This document shows positions 61,021-64,000 of a stretch of DNA of 64,000 nucleotides, piece after piece. Position 1 is the stretch's first letter. Each line of letters opens with the position of its first letter. The stretch is from assembly GCF_009931435.1 (NCBI RefSeq), contig NZ_CP043414.1; one strand, given 5' to 3'. Made by a program: the position numbers and the translations under genes. Under the pieces are notes generated by a model. It worked only from the letters and a program-made list of their open reading frames with translations, searched no databases and was not told the origin of the DNA. Source of the DNA: Escherichia coli (lineage in GTDB: Bacteria > Pseudomonadota > Gammaproteobacteria > Enterobacterales > Enterobacteriaceae).

Positions 61021-61145
61021 TGTCAGCCTGATAAGACGCGTCAGGCCGGATAAGACGCGGTAGGCCGGATAAGACGCGTCAGCGTCGCATCCGGCAATCA
61101 GCATCCGGCAATCAGCATCCGGCAATCAGCATCCGGCGATCACCA
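61021..61145. repeat. BIME-like composite: three CGGATAAGACGCG-type REP half-units followed by four tandem copies of a 14 bp unit (CATCCGGCAATCAG)
   Basis: Read directly: GCCTGATAAGACGCG, GCCGGATAAGACGCG, GCCGGATAAGACGCG, then GCATCCGGCAATCA x3 plus a GCATCCGGCGATCA variant, in the convergent ypfG/tktB gap. Confidence 0.8.
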
Positions 61146-63149
61146 TCAGGCACCTTTCACTCCCAGTACCTTATGCGCTTTTGCCACAATATTCTCGGCG
61201 GTAAAGCCAAAGAACGGGAACAGCTTATCCGCAGGAGCAGATTCCCCATAACCCGTCATCCCGACAATTGCCCCTTTCAGACCAACATATTTGTACCAGT
61301 AATCGGCGATGCCTGCTTCCACCGCCACGCGAGCCGCAACGTTAGAAGGCAACACAGACTCCCGATATTCCTCATCCTGGGCGTCGAAAATATCGGTCGA
61401 GGGCAGGGAAACTACGCGTACATTGCGACCTTCTCCCGCTAATTTCTCCGCTGCTTGCAAGGTGATTTCCATCTCTGAACCAGTGGCAATCAAAATAATA
61501 TCCGGCTTGCCGCCGCTGTCTTTCAACACATAACCACCGCGGGCAATCTCTTTTACCTGATCTGGCGTACGTTCCACCTGGGCCAGATTCTGTCTTGAGA
61601 GGATCAGCGCCGTCGGCCCGTTGTGACGCTCGACCGCCAGCTTCCAGCCCACCGCAGCTTCCACCTGATCACACGGTCGCCAGGTGCTGAAATTCGGCGT
61701 TAAGCGCAGACTTGCAAGTTGTTCAACCGCCTGGTGCGTCGGACCATCCTCCCCCAGACCAATTGAGTCGTGGGTATAAACCATAATTTGCCGCGCTTTC
61801 ATCAGTGCCGCCATCCGCGCGGCGTTACGGGCGTATTCAACAAACATCAGGAACGTCGCGGTATACGGCACAAAGCCGCCGTGGTGCGCGATGCCGTTGG
61901 CGATGGCGGTCATGCCAAATTCACGTACCCCGTAGTGAATATAATTCCCCGCTGGATCTTCCTTCAGCGACACAGAACCTTTCCAGATGGTGAGGTTGCT
62001 GGGAGCCAGATCCGCCGAACCGCCAAGCAGTTCAGGCAGCATGGGCCCGTAAGCGTTAAGCGTATTTTGCGAAGCCTTACGAGTAGCGATTTTCGCCGGA
62101 TTCGCCTGCAACTCATTGATATATTTCTGCGTCGTTTTTTCCCAGTCTTTTGGTAAACCACCGCTCATCCGGCGAGTAAACTCTTCTGCCAGTTGCGGAT
62201 GAGCCTTTTTATACGCGGCAAACTTCTCATTCCAGCTCTGCTGTGCTTTTTCGCCTTTTTCGCGAGCGTCCCAGGCGTGATAAATCTCTTTGGGGATCTC
62301 AAATGGCGGATGATGCCAGCCCAGTTTTTGCCGTGCCAATGCCACTTCTTCTTCCCCCAGTGGTGCGCCATGCGCCTCTTCCTTACCTGCTTTATTCGGC
62401 GAACCAAAGCCAATCACCGTACGGCAGATAATCAACGACGGCTTATCTTTTACGCTTTGCGCTTCAAGAATCGCTTCCTTCACCGCCTGCGGATCGTGAC
62501 CGTCGATTTCATGGATCACATGCCAGTGATAGGCTTCAAAACGTTTTGCCGTATCGTCGGTAAACCAGCCTTCGGTTTCACCGTCGATGGAAATACCATT
62601 GTGATCGTAAAAACCAATCAGCTTGCCCAGCCCCAGCGTGCCCGCCAGCGAACAGACTTCGTGAGAAATACCTTCCATCAGGCAGCCGTCGCCCATAAAC
62701 ACATAGGTGAAGTGATCGATAATTTCATGATCCGGCTGGTTAAACTGCGCCGCTAGTGTACGTTCTGCTATCGCCAGTCCGACCGCGTTCGCCAAACCTT
62801 GTCCAAGTGGACCGGTGGTGGTTTCAACACCAGGCGTATAGCCAATCTCCGGGTGACCAGGGGTTTTCGAATGCAACTGACGGAAGTTCTTCAGCTCTTC
62901 CAGCGGCAGGTCGTAACCGGTCAGATGAAGCAAACTGTAGAGCAGCATCGACGCGTGACCGTTGGAGAGAATAAAGCGGTCGCGATCATACCAGGTTGGA
63001 TCGGTGGGGTTATGTTTAAGAAAATCGTTCCACAGCACTTCGGCAATATCAGCCATGCCCATCGGCGCGCCGGGATGACCAGAATTGGCTTTTTGTACCG
63101 CATCCATACTGAGCGCGCGAATCGCATTGGCAAGGTCTTTTCGGGACAT
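61146..63149 (-). CDS. tktB: Transketolase 2
   Basis: 667 aa from the ATG at 63149 ([27 protein letters not shown]...). Confidence 0.96.
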   Translation of the reverse strand: MSRKDLANAIRALSMDAVQKANSGHPGAPMGMADIAEVLWNDFLKHNPTDPTWYDRDRFILSNGHASMLLYSLLHLTGYDLPLEELKNFRQLHSKTPGHPEIGYTPGVETTTGPLGQGLANAVGLAIAERTLAAQFNQPDHEIIDHFTYVFMGDGCLMEGISHEVCSLAGTLGLGKLIGFYDHNGISIDGETEGWFTDDTAKRFEAYHWHVIHEIDGHDPQAVKEAILEAQSVKDKPSLIICRTVIGFGSPNKAGKEEAHGAPLGEEEVALARQKLGWHHPPFEIPKEIYHAWDAREKGEKAQQSWNEKFAAYKKAHPQLAEEFTRRMSGGLPKDWEKTTQKYINELQANPAKIATRKASQNTLNAYGPMLPELLGGSADLAPSNLTIWKGSVSLKEDPAGNYIHYGVREFGMTAIANGIAHHGGFVPYTATFLMFVEYARNAARMAALMKARQIMVYTHDSIGLGEDGPTHQAVEQLASLRLTPNFSTWRPCDQVEAAVGWKLAVERHNGPTALILSRQNLAQVERTPDQVKEIARGGYVLKDSGGKPDIILIATGSEMEITLQAAEKLAGEGRNVRVVSLPSTDIFDAQDEEYRESVLPSNVAARVAVEAGIADYWYKYVGLKGAIVGMTGYGESAPADKLFPFFGFTAENIVAKAHKVLGVKGA

Positions 63150-63168
63150 ATAACACTCCGTGGCTGGT

Positions 63169-64000
63169 TTATAGTTTGACGGCAAGAAGATCTTCCAGTT
63201 TGCGTTGATCAACGGCGAACAGGCGGATGCCTTCAGAGAGTTTTTCTACCGCCATTGCATCCTGATTGTGCTCCCAACGGAACTCCGCTTCGCTCATCGG
63301 GGCTGGGCGTGGGAACGTCTGAGAAGGCGGGATTAATTTACGCACTACTGGAGAAACTTTTTCCTGCAGCTCCTTCAGCAAATTCGGCGCAATAGTCAGT
63401 CGATCGCAGCCGGTTAAGGCGAGGATTTGTTCGGTGCGACGGAAGCTCGCGCCCATTACAATGGTTTCGTAGTGGTGTTGCTTATAGTAGTCGTAGATAT
63501 TGCGCACTGACTTAACGCCCGGATCTTCTTCCACCACATACGGGTCCATCGGCTTACGCGCCTGATACCAGTCATAAATACGCCCGACAAACGGCGAAAT
63601 CAGAAAAACGCCTGCTTCTGCACAGGCCCGCGCCTGAGCAAAAGAAAACAGTAGCGTCAGGTTGCAGTTAATACCTTCTTTTTCCAGTTCTTCTGCCGCG
63701 CGAATTCCTTCCCAGGTTGAAGCCAGCTTGATCAGAATACGTGATTTCTCAACGCCTTGTTGCTGATACAAGTCCACCAAATGGCGCGCCTTCTCAATAC
63801 TTTTTTCTTTATCAAAAGAGAGGCGTGCATCAACTTCTGTTGACACGCGACCGGGTACGATTTTGAGAATTTCAGTACCGAAATTGACCGCCAGTTTGTC
63901 ACATGCAGCGACCACCTGTTGTTCCTGGGTCTTGCCATTTTTTTTACCCCAGGCGATAGCATCGTCTATTAAATGCTCATATTGTGATAATCCGGCAGCC
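63169..64000 (-). CDS. talA: Transaldolase A, 5'-truncated by window edge
   Basis: Frame stays open to the window end (...[30 protein letters not shown]...); the N-terminus lies beyond 64000. Confidence 0.93.
   Translation of the reverse strand, partial: AAGLSQYEHLIDDAIAWGKKNGKTQEQQVVAACDKLAVNFGTEILKIVPGRVSTEVDARLSFDKEKSIEKARHLVDLYQQQGVEKSRILIKLASTWEGIRAAEELEKEGINCNLTLLFSFAQARACAEAGVFLISPFVGRIYDWYQARKPMDPYVVEEDPGVKSVRNIYDYYKQHHYETIVMGASFRRTEQILALTGCDRLTIAPNLLKELQEKVSPVVRKLIPPSQTFPRPAPMSEAEFRWEHNQDAMAVEKLSEGIRLFAVDQRKLEDLLAVKL

Noticed and set aside
61087-61140. Possible CRISPR-like array
   Set aside because: The repeat unit is only 14 bp with no intervening spacers and sits inside a REP/BIME cluster. 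No CRISPR repeat-spacer architecture exists anywhere in the window.

Overview
This 64 kb window is an Escherichia coli-type chromosomal segment, collinear (in inverted orientation) with the K-12 region talA-tktB-ypfG-nudK-aegA-narQ-acrD-dapE-purC-bamC-dapA-gcvR-bcp-hyfABCDEFGHIJR-focB-perM-bepA-hda-uraA-upp-purMN-ppk-ppx-pdeF-yfgGHI-guaAB-xseA. All identifications rest on reading the supplied ORF translations against remembered E. coli proteins and synteny; no database search was run. Most of the window is ordinary core genome with recognisable regulatory signals (PurR operators, an FNR-type box, a sigma54 -24/-12 element, intrinsic terminators, REP/BIME clusters). Two segments are not expected from K-12. 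The first is the 3' 3.76 kb of a giant tandem-repeat surface-protein gene abutting xseA, in the position of the Salmonella CS54 islet. The second, and the best candidate for something undescribed, is a roughly 3.3 kb low-GC islet wedged between the convergent guaA and yfgI terminators. It encodes a compact ABC-type ATPase fused to a TOPRIM-like nuclease motif (OLD/Gabija-GajA-like, 504 aa), a 3' remnant of a DDE transposase, and a 258 aa protein with two N-terminal transmembrane helices and a receiver-like domain that lacks the conserved lysine. Whether the ATPase-TOPRIM gene and the membrane receiver-like gene form one functional module is unproven, because the transposase remnant separates them. 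No CRISPR array, tRNA or rRNA gene was found.
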